A DNA stretch of 64,000 nucleotides from Anaerolineales bacterium (GTDB taxonomy: Bacteria; Chloroflexota; Anaerolineae; Anaerolineales; Villigracilaceae), in contig JBNLFG010000015.1 in assembly GCA_050305405.1 (NCBI GenBank), positions 68,971 through 132,970 on the forward strand. The letters run 5' to 3'. The translations under genes and the position numbers were made by a program. The notes under the pieces are model-generated. The model searched no databases and was not told the origin of the DNA. It saw nothing but the letters and a program-made list of their open reading frames with translations. Positions 9,801 through 19,360 of this stretch are shown here, one piece after another. Positions within the stretch are counted from its first letter, which is position 1. Every line of letters begins with the position of its first letter.

Positions 9801-10799
9801 ATGAAAAAAATCTTTAGCCGCATCGGAAAAGTGGCAGTCGCCATCGCTGTCTTGTTAATTCTTGCCATGTTAGTTGGGCCGTTTTTGGTCCCTGTAAATC
9901 CACTGGAGGGTTTGTCCACCGTAGAGCAAGTTGCAAGTGATCAGAGTAAATTCATCACTATCCCCTATGCAGGCACAGATGGCATTGATATCCATTATCT
10001 CAGTGATGAAGACGAGTCAAGCGCTAAAGAGCCGACTTTTGTTCTATTACACGGTTCTAACTTCAACGCCTATACCTGGACAGAGGTGCTCGATTTCTTT
10101 GACAAAAAAGGACGTGTGATCGCCTATGATCAAATCCCCTATGGGTTGAGCGAAAAACTGGTTGAAGGTGACTGGAGTGGAAAAAACCCCTATTCATCGA
10201 CAGGGGCTGTTGAGCAACTCTTTACGTTATTGGATGAACTTGGTGTTGACAGCGCAATTTTAGTTGGAAATTCCTATGGTGGTACGTTGGCTGTTCAAGC
10301 GACCTTAGCCAACCCTGACCGGATTGATGGGCTGATCCTTATCGATGCAGCAGTTTATGTCTCCGAAGAAATGCCTGCCTGGCTCATGCAGTCGCCCCAA
10401 ATGCAACGCATTGGCCCATTATTTGCCCGCACACTTGGTCAAAGCGAAGCCTTTATTCAGCAAACCTATTTGAATACCGACCTGCTCAGTGACGAGAGAA
10501 TGGCGCAGACCCTAATCCAAACACAGGTTCAAAACTGGGATACAGCCTACTGGGAATATCTGCAAGTTTGGGGGCTGGATGCACCCGATTACGTTGCCGA
10601 AATTCCAACAATCAACAAACCAGCGTTGGTGATTTCCGGTGACAGTGACGCCATTGTTCCTGTTGCCGACAGCGAGCGCCTGAACTCAGAATTGCCAAAT
10701 TCAACGCTGACGATCTTACCCAACTGCGGACATGTGCCACAGGAAGAATGTCCTGATATTTTTGAAAACGCGGTTGAGGCCTGGCTTGCTGAAAATTAG
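9801..10799 (+). CDS. Alpha/beta hydrolase with an N-terminal membrane anchor
   Basis: GNSYGG nucleophile elbow. The HG oxyanion-hole motif is present. Confidence 0.75.
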   Translation: MKKIFSRIGKVAVAIAVLLILAMLVGPFLVPVNPLEGLSTVEQVASDQSKFITIPYAGTDGIDIHYLSDEDESSAKEPTFVLLHGSNFNAYTWTEVLDFFDKKGRVIAYDQIPYGLSEKLVEGDWSGKNPYSSTGAVEQLFTLLDELGVDSAILVGNSYGGTLAVQATLANPDRIDGLILIDAAVYVSEEMPAWLMQSPQMQRIGPLFARTLGQSEAFIQQTYLNTDLLSDERMAQTLIQTQVQNWDTAYWEYLQVWGLDAPDYVAEIPTINKPALVISGDSDAIVPVADSERLNSELPNSTLTILPNCGHVPQEECPDIFENAVEAWLAEN

Positions 10800-10910
10800 A
10801 AGAGCTTTTTAAGATTACAGAGCAAGTGTAGAGACCATCCCCTTGACAAGCGACTAATAGACGCTACACTGGTCATTAGTAACTATAAAAAATGATTAGG
10901 ATAAAAAGCT

Positions 10911-11423
10911 ATGGAGAAAAAGCTATTACTTCTCGGCATCTTATCAAGTCATGATATGCATGGCTATGAGATAAGCGAAATATTCAAACACAATATTGGC
11001 ATGCCGATTGAGATGAAAAAATCAAATGCTTACCGTCTTCTCAATGTCTTAGAAAAAGATGGTTTGATCACACACACTGAAGATCAGGTAGGCAATCGCC
11101 CTATACGACGGGTTTACTCGATCACGGAAGCAGGCGAGAAAGAATTCAAACGTCTCTTACGCGCAAATATCGCTGCTTACGCAGAACCGGATTTTCCCAG
11201 CATGGTTGGGATCGACCTTATCAGCCTACTGCCGAGTGAAGAAGCGATCGAGCTACTTACTGAGCGCTTAGAGCTCATCGAGAAAAAAGTAGATGCTTTT
11301 ACTGAACTTCCTGCAGAAATATTGGAAGCTCATCCAACGACGGCTTACCTGAAAGCTTTTTATTTGCAGGAAGTGAATTGGTTGAGAGAATTTATTGAAG
11401 AACTGAGAGAGCAAAGGAATTAG
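10911..11423 (+). CDS. PadR family transcriptional regulator
   Basis: N-terminal winged-HTH PadR signature (HGYEI...YRLLNVLEKDGLI). Confidence 0.8.
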   Translation: MEKKLLLLGILSSHDMHGYEISEIFKHNIGMPIEMKKSNAYRLLNVLEKDGLITHTEDQVGNRPIRRVYSITEAGEKEFKRLLRANIAAYAEPDFPSMVGIDLISLLPSEEAIELLTERLELIEKKVDAFTELPAEILEAHPTTAYLKAFYLQEVNWLREFIEELREQRN

Positions 11424-11429
11424 GAGAAA

Positions 11430-12251
11430 ATGAAAACAATTATCATCACCGGTGCCAACTCCGGGATTGGGAAAGAAGCAGCCCTTCAGCTTGCACAAGC
11501 AGGCAACCAAATCGTGATGTTGAGCCGAAACAGCCAAAAATCAAGAGACGCTCTACAAGAGATTGTTTCTGCAACGGGCAACCAGCATGTCGACTTGGTC
11601 ACTGCTGATTTGGCGGAATCAAGCTCCATTCGGCGGGCGGTTACGGAAATCCAAAAGAAATATTCCAAAATCGATGCGCTGGTCAATAATGCCGGTATTT
11701 ACAAAGTGAAACGAGCTGAAAATTCAGCAGGGATTGAAATCAGCTTTGCTGTCAATTATTTGGCAACTTTCATGCTATGCCAACTTTTGCTCGATAATTT
11801 GGAAGCCAGCGGAAACGGACGCATTGTGAACGTGGTTTCGGAATTGTACAAAAGTGGCAAAATCAATTTTGATGACCTGATGCTCGAAAAAGGATATAAA
11901 GTCGGGGATGCGTATGCAAATGCGAAATATGCGACAGTGCTTTATTCTGCAAAGTTGGCAGAAAGAGTGAAAGGGAAAGGCATTACGGTCAACACGTTGC
12001 ATCCCGGTGTTTTAGGCACTGATGTTTTTCGAGAGTATCCAAAATTCCTGAGCAAGGTACTGAACATCTTCCTTGAAAAGCCCGAAAAGGGCGGCGAGCG
12101 AATCACTTATTTGGCAACAGACGAAGCAGTTGCCAACACAACCGGAAAATATTTTTACAAGCTGGATGAACGTGAGATTGGGATTACAGCAGAGGAAAAA
12201 GAGATCACCGAAAGACTTTGGAAACTCTCTGAAGAAATGATGAATAGCTAG
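11430..12251 (+). CDS. Short-chain dehydrogenase/reductase
   Basis: TGANSGIG cofactor motif and YxxxK. Forms an operon with padR. Confidence 0.8.
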   Translation: MKTIIITGANSGIGKEAALQLAQAGNQIVMLSRNSQKSRDALQEIVSATGNQHVDLVTADLAESSSIRRAVTEIQKKYSKIDALVNNAGIYKVKRAENSAGIEISFAVNYLATFMLCQLLLDNLEASGNGRIVNVVSELYKSGKINFDDLMLEKGYKVGDAYANAKYATVLYSAKLAERVKGKGITVNTLHPGVLGTDVFREYPKFLSKVLNIFLEKPEKGGERITYLATDEAVANTTGKYFYKLDEREIGITAEEKEITERLWKLSEEMMNS

Positions 12252-12260
12252 AAAACGCAA

Positions 12261-12290
12261 GCGCCTCCCGAGTTTTGGGAGGCGCTTTTT
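12261..12290. terminator. Bidirectional intrinsic terminator
   Basis: GCGCCTCCC-gagtttt-GGGAGGCGC followed by TTTTT. Confidence 0.7.
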
Positions 12291-12328
12291 GTATTTGCTG
12301 TCAAACTTTCACTAAACTCTGACTATAA

Positions 12329-14923
12329 TCAATCGATTTGTACCAACTTTTTCACTACTTTCTTGCGAGGCTTCTTCGGTAAGGGCATCGGGAACTTGGT
12401 ACGGCGCACACCATCGTATTGATAGAGCGCATTCGCCACAGCTGCTGCGGTTGGCACCAAGCCGATCTCACCGACGCCTTTCGCACCGTACGGTCCCAAC
12501 GGATCGGGCACTTCGACGCCGATCACTTCGACAGGGGGCGTCTCTTTGGCACGTAAAATGCCCAGCTTGCGGAAATTCGTGTGCAGCGGAACGCCATTCT
12601 CCATCGGCAAATCTTCGCTGATGGCGTAGCCGATCCCCATGTGGACAGCGCCTTCGACCTGTCCTTCAAAAAGCATTGGATTGTAGATTTTGCCCGCGTC
12701 GTGTGCGGCGGTCACTTTTTCGATCTGCCCGTCATCGTCGATGGAGACAAGCTGCGCCGCATAGCTGTACGAATAATGCGTGATCGGTTCATCGGTGATA
12801 GCATCGGGTTTGGTGGTGAAGTCAACGATCCATTCGCCGAAGTATTCATTGCCAACCAGATCAGCGAGGGTATTGTTTTGCAGATCTTCGCTCAACTTTT
12901 TGCAGGCATCCAAGAGCGCATTCCCCAGCAGGGATGTTGCCCGCGAGGCGGTGGTCATACCGGCATTCTGCTCGGCAACGGTATCGACGCGCACCTCGAT
13001 CAAATCCGGGTGAATGCCCGTTTCATTGCAAACAAGTTGACGGGCGATCGTATTCACGCCCTGTCCCATCTCGGTCCAGCCGTGGTCGATGATGACCTTA
13101 TCCAGCGCAGCAATCGTGATCAGCACGGATGATTCATCCGGCATCCCGTTGCCAATCCCCGTATTTTTCAATCCACACGCCAAACCCGCATTTTTGGTCT
13201 TGTAGAAGGCATCCTTGATCGCTTCAAGCGCGCGTTTGACGCCCACGCCGCCCAACAAAACCTGACCAGTTGCGGTCATTGAACCATCTTGTAGCGCGTT
13301 GTCATAGCGGAACTGCCAGCGGTCAAAACCGCCCTGTTCACAGAGATCATCCACACAACTTTCCATGCCAAAGGTCGCCTGATTGACGCCAAATCCGCGC
13401 ATCGCGCCACAGGGCAGGTTGTTGGTGTAAACTGCAAAGGCTTCAATATCGGTCGCGGGGACGTGATAGGCGCCCGTCGCGTGGCTGGCGATGCGCGTCA
13501 GCACCTTCGCGCCGACCGATGCATACGCGCCCGTATCGCCGACAATGCGTGCCTTGATATAGGTCAGTTTGCCCTCAGCATCGCAGCCGAGTTCGTAATC
13601 CATCCAAACGGGATGGCGTTTGGGGTGCATGATGATCGACTCGTCGCGCGTCAGGTGCACCTTGACAGGCACGCCCATCAGCCAGGCCGCCAGAGCGGCG
13701 TGTCCCTGTACGCTCAAATCTTCCTTACCGCCAAAACCGCCGCCGTTTGCGACCAAAATCACGCGCACCTGCTCCAGCGGCAGTCCCAAAATCTTGGCGA
13801 CCTGCTTGCGGTCATCGTAAATCCCCTGGCTTTGCGAATAGAGCTTGATACCCTCGCCATCCGGCAGTGCGACCGCTGCTTCCACTTCCATAAAAGCATG
13901 CTCGATGCGCTGGGTTTCATAAACGCCCTTCGAGACAAATGCCGTCTTCGCTTTGGCTTCGTCCAGATCGCCGCGCACAAAAACGGGATGGGCGAGGATA
14001 TTCGTCTCGCCATGCACTTTCGGGGATTCAGGTTTCAGCGCTGCGTGCATATCGCTGACGACTTCCAGCGGCTCATACTCGACCTTGAGCTTGCTCATTG
14101 CAGCCCGAGCTTCAGCTTCAGTCCCAGCGACGACACACGCTAAGACGTCCCCGAGGTAATGTGTCACCTCCCCGACCGCAATCATCAGGGGCCAGTCCTG
14201 CGAGATCAAGCCAATCACACGCTCGCCAGGCACATCGTCCGCAGTGATGACGCGCAACACACCGGGCATCTGTTCCGCTTCGCTGCTGTCAATGCTCAAA
14301 ACGCGCGCACGCGGATAGTCACTGAATTTCAGCGCCCCATGCACCATCCCCTCGATGCGGATGTCGTCTGTGTAGTTATGGTCACCTAAAACGAGTTTAT
14401 CCGCTTCGTATTTTGGGTGCCGCGAACCGAGCTTCCCGTCGCTGCTTGGCACAGGAATCTCCTTCTCATCCCGGATCGCTTCAGCCGCATATTGAATAGA
14501 ATCCACAACTTTGGCATACCCCGTACAACGGCAGATATGCGGCGTAAGCGCCTGCTTGATCTCATCTGCTGTTGGGATGGCATTCTTGTTGATAAGCGTA
14601 TTCGCGCGCATCACGATGCCGGGGGTGCAAAATCCGCATTGCACACCGCCCTTTTCGGCAAAGGCATTCGCAAAAACATCGCGGCGATAGTCGCCCAATC
14701 CATCTGGCGTGGTGATGTTGACACCATCAACTTTGCTCATTTTCGTCGCGCAAGAAAGCTTGGATTTCCCGTCAATATCAACGGTGCAAGCGCCACAAGA
14801 GGCTTGCCCGGAGCAGCCATCCTTGACCGAAGTAATGTTCTCATGCTCACGCAGGTAGGTTAAAAGCGAAATCTCAGGATCGCCATCAAATTCTTTTTCC
14901 TGTCCATTCAGGATAAATTTCAT
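12329..14923 (-). CDS. Xanthine-dehydrogenase-family molybdoenzyme with fused N-terminal 2x[2Fe-2S] domains (D. gigas MOP-type aldehyde oxidoreductase architecture, no FAD subunit)
   Basis: CGxCTPG and CRCTGY Fe-S motifs, then a roughly 700-aa Moco-binding domain. Start refined to the MKFILNG Met with a GAGG RBS. Confidence 0.8.
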   Translation of the reverse strand: MKFILNGQEKEFDGDPEISLLTYLREHENITSVKDGCSGQASCGACTVDIDGKSKLSCATKMSKVDGVNITTPDGLGDYRRDVFANAFAEKGGVQCGFCTPGIVMRANTLINKNAIPTADEIKQALTPHICRCTGYAKVVDSIQYAAEAIRDEKEIPVPSSDGKLGSRHPKYEADKLVLGDHNYTDDIRIEGMVHGALKFSDYPRARVLSIDSSEAEQMPGVLRVITADDVPGERVIGLISQDWPLMIAVGEVTHYLGDVLACVVAGTEAEARAAMSKLKVEYEPLEVVSDMHAALKPESPKVHGETNILAHPVFVRGDLDEAKAKTAFVSKGVYETQRIEHAFMEVEAAVALPDGEGIKLYSQSQGIYDDRKQVAKILGLPLEQVRVILVANGGGFGGKEDLSVQGHAALAAWLMGVPVKVHLTRDESIIMHPKRHPVWMDYELGCDAEGKLTYIKARIVGDTGAYASVGAKVLTRIASHATGAYHVPATDIEAFAVYTNNLPCGAMRGFGVNQATFGMESCVDDLCEQGGFDRWQFRYDNALQDGSMTATGQVLLGGVGVKRALEAIKDAFYKTKNAGLACGLKNTGIGNGMPDESSVLITIAALDKVIIDHGWTEMGQGVNTIARQLVCNETGIHPDLIEVRVDTVAEQNAGMTTASRATSLLGNALLDACKKLSEDLQNNTLADLVGNEYFGEWIVDFTTKPDAITDEPITHYSYSYAAQLVSIDDDGQIEKVTAAHDAGKIYNPMLFEGQVEGAVHMGIGYAISEDLPMENGVPLHTNFRKLGILRAKETPPVEVIGVEVPDPLGPYGAKGVGEIGLVPTAAAVANALYQYDGVRRTKFPMPLPKKPRKKVVKKLVQID

Positions 14924-15197
14924 ATTGTGCCTCATTTAAGAGAAGAAAGGGAAAGGTCTGACCTATTAATATCATAAGCCATATAGATTTACAAGGAAGA
15001 GCAAAAAAACGATTACAAAAGCAAATATTTTTACATTTTTTACGTAAGAAAACACTCTTTTTTTAAGGGAAGCACGATAAAATACTGAGAAGCGTCACCT
15101 AATATGTCAAATTTCACAAACGCTTGCTATTTGCTATAAGTTATGCTAAAACTAAAAAGTCAGACGACTGTCCACTATTCTACAGAACAGGAAACAG

Positions 15198-15926
15198 ATG
15201 CTGGTTACCCGCTCCAAGTCCATTGTTGAGCAAGTCAATGAAATTCTCCGCGAGAGGATCCATGACGCGACCTACCAGCCCGGAGAACGTTTGCCGTCTG
15301 AAAGCGAACTGGCAGAGCAATTTGGGGTTAGCCGAGCCACTGTCCGCACCGTTTTAGCGAAACTATCCGTCGAGGGCCTCATCCTGCGTCGACAAGGGGA
15401 CGGGACCTACGTCAACGAGCGCATTCGCGATGTTAACACACATTTGGGGGGCTTATGGGATTTCACACGTCTGATCGAAACCAGCGGATTTTCCGCATCC
15501 ATCCAAGCTTTATCCGTAAAATTAACCGAAGCTACAGAAGAAGACGCACACGCGCTGGCTGTTGACCCGGGCGAGAAACTTTTATCATTAAAACGCCTCT
15601 TCTTTGCGGATGAAACCCCGGTCATCCTTGCCCACAACTTGATACCACAACAATTTATTTCTGCCGCGCCCGAAACCATCGACGGCAACCTGCACATCCG
15701 CGATATTCTACGCGAATACTGCGAACAAGAGATTGCCTTTGCTATTACCGAAATTTGTTCTGCCAGCTATGAGCAGGTCAACGAATATCTCAATCTCAAC
15801 GACAAGGATCACATCCTCAATTTGCGGATGGCATTCTACAGCAAGGAAAACCGCCCGCTGGCTTTGGGCGACAGCTACTTTGACGACAGCAAATTACGTC
15901 TGCGCCTTGTGCAGGCATGGAACTAA
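15198..15926 (+). CDS. GntR/HutC-family transcriptional regulator (HTH plus UTRA effector domain)
   Basis: VSRATVRTVL winged-HTH motif. C-terminal UTRA-like domain. Confidence 0.8.
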   Translation: MLVTRSKSIVEQVNEILRERIHDATYQPGERLPSESELAEQFGVSRATVRTVLAKLSVEGLILRRQGDGTYVNERIRDVNTHLGGLWDFTRLIETSGFSASIQALSVKLTEATEEDAHALAVDPGEKLLSLKRLFFADETPVILAHNLIPQQFISAAPETIDGNLHIRDILREYCEQEIAFAITEICSASYEQVNEYLNLNDKDHILNLRMAFYSKENRPLALGDSYFDDSKLRLRLVQAWN

Positions 15927-16034
15927 TATTTCAACGCCAGATTTATAGCATATTTGCTAAAAAGTGCACGCGTAAAAGATCGGCAAATGCAAGTTTGCAC
16001 ATAGGCTCTAACGCGGAGGAGGCCCCACCTAACT

Positions 16035-17174
16035 ATGCGATCTCGACTAAATTCATTATTTGATGCCCTGCTGCCAGTCTTTGCGACTTTGGCTGCGCTT
16101 GGCGTGGGCATGATTATGTTGCTTATTCTGCGAGTCAGCCCACTAGAAGCCTATGGCGCCCTCTGGGAAGGCGCTTTTGGTAGCACGAATGCCATCGCCG
16201 AAACTTTGGTTAAAGCGACGCCGCTTTTGCTGGTCGGTCTGGGTATTTGTATCGCCTTCCGCGCCAATGTCATCAACATCGGTGGCGAAGGGCAAATGAT
16301 TATCGGGGGCATTCTCGCCACGCAAGTTGGTCTTACCTTCACGGATCTACCCGGTTGGTTGGTCATCATTTTAGCAATGTTCGCTGGCTTTCTGGGCGGC
16401 GCAATTTGGGGCGGCATCCCTGGTTTTTTGAAAGCCTACTTTCGTGTAAATGAAATTCTTAGCACTGTCATGATGAATGCCATCGCTGTCCAACTGATGA
16501 ACTTCCTCCTGCGCGGCCCCATGATCGATCCCGCACAAGCAGAAAAAGCCTCCAAAATTCCGCAAACTGCTCGTTTGCTCGAAGCCTTCCGTTTACCACG
16601 TCTGGCCCCCACCCGCTTGCATATTGGCTTCATCATCGCGCTGGTTTTAGCGATCATTGTCTACGTTTTGCTCTGGCGCACCACATTGGGATATCGTATC
16701 CGCGCAGTGGGACAGAACCCACACGCATCCCGTTATGGCGGCATCCGCGTCCGCCGACGCATCGTGACGGCCCTGCTTCTCAGCGGTGCCTTTGCCGGAC
16801 TTGCTGGCGCCATTCAGGTTTACGGCGTTAACTATCGTATGATCACCGACGGCTCGGCATCCGGCTTTACGGGCGCAGCGGGCTTCAATGGCATCGTAGC
16901 GGCGCTCTTTGGGCAACTGCATCCCATCGGCACGATCCCCGCTTCGATCTTCTTCGGCGCGCTGCTGGTCGGCGCGAACAAGATGCAGCGCGTTGTCCAA
17001 ATTCCCTCTGCCCTAATCACCGCCCTAAACGGCTTGGTGGTCATTTTTGTTGTCAGCAGCGAAATCTGGCGCAAACGTCGTCAACGTCAGCGCCTCGCAC
17101 TGGTGCGAATCGCGGAAAAAGAGGGCCCACCCACAGAAACCATCCCCCCTGCTGAGGAGGCAAGTGCATTATGA
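16035..17174 (+). CDS. ABC permease (BMP-type system, paralog of 4675..5790)
   Basis: Similar sequence to the first-operon permease (for example, VKATPLLLVGLGI). Confidence 0.8.
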   Translation: MRSRLNSLFDALLPVFATLAALGVGMIMLLILRVSPLEAYGALWEGAFGSTNAIAETLVKATPLLLVGLGICIAFRANVINIGGEGQMIIGGILATQVGLTFTDLPGWLVIILAMFAGFLGGAIWGGIPGFLKAYFRVNEILSTVMMNAIAVQLMNFLLRGPMIDPAQAEKASKIPQTARLLEAFRLPRLAPTRLHIGFIIALVLAIIVYVLLWRTTLGYRIRAVGQNPHASRYGGIRVRRRIVTALLLSGAFAGLAGAIQVYGVNYRMITDGSASGFTGAAGFNGIVAALFGQLHPIGTIPASIFFGALLVGANKMQRVVQIPSALITALNGLVVIFVVSSEIWRKRRQRQRLALVRIAEKEGPPTETIPPAEEASAL

Positions 17175-18100
17175 ACGAGATCTTTTCAGCAACTGTCATC
17201 ATCGGCATTCTGACATCCGGTATTCGTCTGGCGACACCCTATCTCTATGCCGCCATCGGCGAAACCTTCGGGCAGCGTAGCGGTGTACTTAACCTTGGTG
17301 TGGAAGGGCAAATGCTGCTCGGCGCCTTCGTTTCTTTCTACGTTGCCTTCACGACAGGCAGTTTATGGCTTGGCCTTCTGGGCGCGATGATCGTCGGCGC
17401 GCTGATGGGTCTGGCAATGGCCTACGTGACCGTCAACCTGCAAGCCGAACAAGGCATCAGCGGCATCGGTTTCTATCTTTTCGGTTTGGGTATGAGCGAT
17501 CTGCTCTTTAAGATGCTGCTCGGTACCGTTGAAACCGTCAAAGGCTTCCCGATTGCGCCAATCCCCTTCTTGAGTGATATTCCCGTCATTGGAGCGATCT
17601 TCTTTCAGCAAAATATCCTTGTCTATATCGCCTTTCTGTTGGTGCCAACCGCGTGGTTCGTGCTTAACAAGACCACGCTCGGGCTGAAAATCCGCTCGGT
17701 TGGCGAAAACCCAGATGCAGCCGATTCTCTTGGGGTTAGCGTTGCCAAAGTTCGGTACTTCACGATTATCCTAGGCGGAACCCTCTCCGGGGTCGCGGGC
17801 GCTTCGATGTCGATCGCCTTACTAAACGTCTTCCAGCAAAATATGACCAGCGGCTTGGGCTTCATCGCCGTCGCATTGGTCTACTTTGGTGCCTGGCGTG
17901 CCTGGGGTGTTCTAGCTGGCGCGTTGCTCTTCAGCATGGTCAACTCGCTCCAGTTGTGGATGCAGGTGCTTAATGTCCCGATCCCATCCGACATCGCTGT
18001 GATGCTGCCTTACCTGTTGACCATCATCGTGCTGGTCGCCACCGTTTCACGCGTACGCGCGCCCGCTGCGCTCACAAAACCTTTTGACCGAGGTGATTAA
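17171..18100 (+). CDS. ABC permease (paralog of 5787..6752)
   Basis: ATGA coupling. Similar to the second permease of operon 1. Confidence 0.8.
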   Translation: MNEIFSATVIIGILTSGIRLATPYLYAAIGETFGQRSGVLNLGVEGQMLLGAFVSFYVAFTTGSLWLGLLGAMIVGALMGLAMAYVTVNLQAEQGISGIGFYLFGLGMSDLLFKMLLGTVETVKGFPIAPIPFLSDIPVIGAIFFQQNILVYIAFLLVPTAWFVLNKTTLGLKIRSVGENPDAADSLGVSVAKVRYFTIILGGTLSGVAGASMSIALLNVFQQNMTSGLGFIAVALVYFGAWRAWGVLAGALLFSMVNSLQLWMQVLNVPIPSDIAVMLPYLLTIIVLVATVSRVRAPAALTKPFDRGD

Positions 18101-18197
18101 TTTGGAGAAAGCCAGCCTGTAAAATCGTGGCTGGTTCAAAACAAGGTGGTTTTCTCAATGTTCTCGTACCACCTACAATTCTTATAGGAGAAGAAAA

Positions 18198-19241
18198 ATG
18201 AAGAAAAACTTGCTTTTCGTACTCGTTCTTGCGTTCGCGCTGGTATTGAGTGCATGTGGCGGCGCCCCTGCTGCTGAAGAACCCGCTGCCCCCGCCGAGG
18301 AAATGCCCGCAGAAGAAATGCCTGCTGAGCCTTTCAAAGTTGCGATCATCATGCCCAGCTCCATCACCGACCTGGCATTCAGCCAGAGCATGTACGATGC
18401 TCTTGTAGCTATTCAGGAAGAGATGGGTGGCGAAAGTGCGATGGAAATCGTCTACTCTGAAGGTATGTTCGTGGTGGATGACGCCGCAGCCGCGATCCGC
18501 GACTACGCTTCTGAAGGCTACAACCTGGTCATTGCTCACGGTTCGCAATACGGATCATCCTTGCAGGAAATTGCTCCCGATTTCCCGACCACTGCCTTCG
18601 CCTGGGGTACTACCCTTAACACCTTCGCTGACGAAGGTATCACCAACGTCTTCGCTTACGAAGCTGCCGCACAAGAAGGTGGTTACGTGAACGGCGTGAT
18701 CGCTGCCAGCCTCTCCGAAGCTGGTGTGATCGGCGTTGTTGGTCCGATCGAAGCTGGTGATGCAGCTCTCTACGTCAAAGGTTTTGAAGCTGGCGCAAAA
18801 GCCACCAATGCCGATGTAACCGTCAACGTCAACTGGATCGGCTCCTTCTCCGATGTCGCTTTGGCATCTGAAGCAGCCAATACCCACGTTGCCGCAGGCG
18901 CAGACGTGCTGACCGGTACCGCCCAAATGGTTGTTGGTGCAATCGGCGTCGCAGAAGAGAACGGCGCGCTTTGGTTCGGCACCCAAGCCAGCCAGACATC
19001 CCTCGCTCCTGACGTTGTTGTTGCCAATCAGGTTTACGACTTTACCGGCGTGGTCAAAGACATGATCGCCAAGATCAACGGCGGCGTTTATGGCGGCGAA
19101 GCCTACACCATCACGCTCGCCAATGGCGGCTTGGTCATGGACTACAACAGCGCCTACGACCTGCCCGCTGACGTGAAAGCCCTCGCAGATGAAACCGTTG
19201 CCGGTATCGTCGACGGCTCGATCGAAATCCCCGTAGAATAA
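18198..19241 (+). CDS. BMP-family substrate-binding lipoprotein (paralog 2)
   Basis: Lipobox LSAC. AAEEPAAPAEEMPAEEMP tether. BMP fold. Confidence 0.8.
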   Translation: MKKNLLFVLVLAFALVLSACGGAPAAEEPAAPAEEMPAEEMPAEPFKVAIIMPSSITDLAFSQSMYDALVAIQEEMGGESAMEIVYSEGMFVVDDAAAAIRDYASEGYNLVIAHGSQYGSSLQEIAPDFPTTAFAWGTTLNTFADEGITNVFAYEAAAQEGGYVNGVIAASLSEAGVIGVVGPIEAGDAALYVKGFEAGAKATNADVTVNVNWIGSFSDVALASEAANTHVAAGADVLTGTAQMVVGAIGVAEENGALWFGTQASQTSLAPDVVVANQVYDFTGVVKDMIAKINGGVYGGEAYTITLANGGLVMDYNSAYDLPADVKALADETVAGIVDGSIEIPVE

Positions 19242-19250
19242 TTCAGACTA

Positions 19251-19290
19251 AGACCTGGCAGGCTTGCCTGTCAGGTCTTCTTTCAAAAGC
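19251..19290 (+). terminator. Intra-operon hairpin terminator/attenuator after the SBP gene
   Basis: AGACCTGGCAGGC-ttg-CCTGTCAGGTCTT followed by a T-rich tail. Confidence 0.5.
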
Positions 19291-19360
19291 GCGTGAAGTT
19301 CTTCATGCCTTTTTGAAAGAAGACCCATCCAAAAGATGATTTCCATAAAAGGATAAAGCG

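Noticed and set aside
14936-15197. An AT-rich 260-bp block, considered as a possible insertion or mobile-element scar.
   Set aside because: It is the divergent promoter region between the oxidoreductase and gntR genes. No inverted terminal repeats, integrase or tRNA lie nearby.
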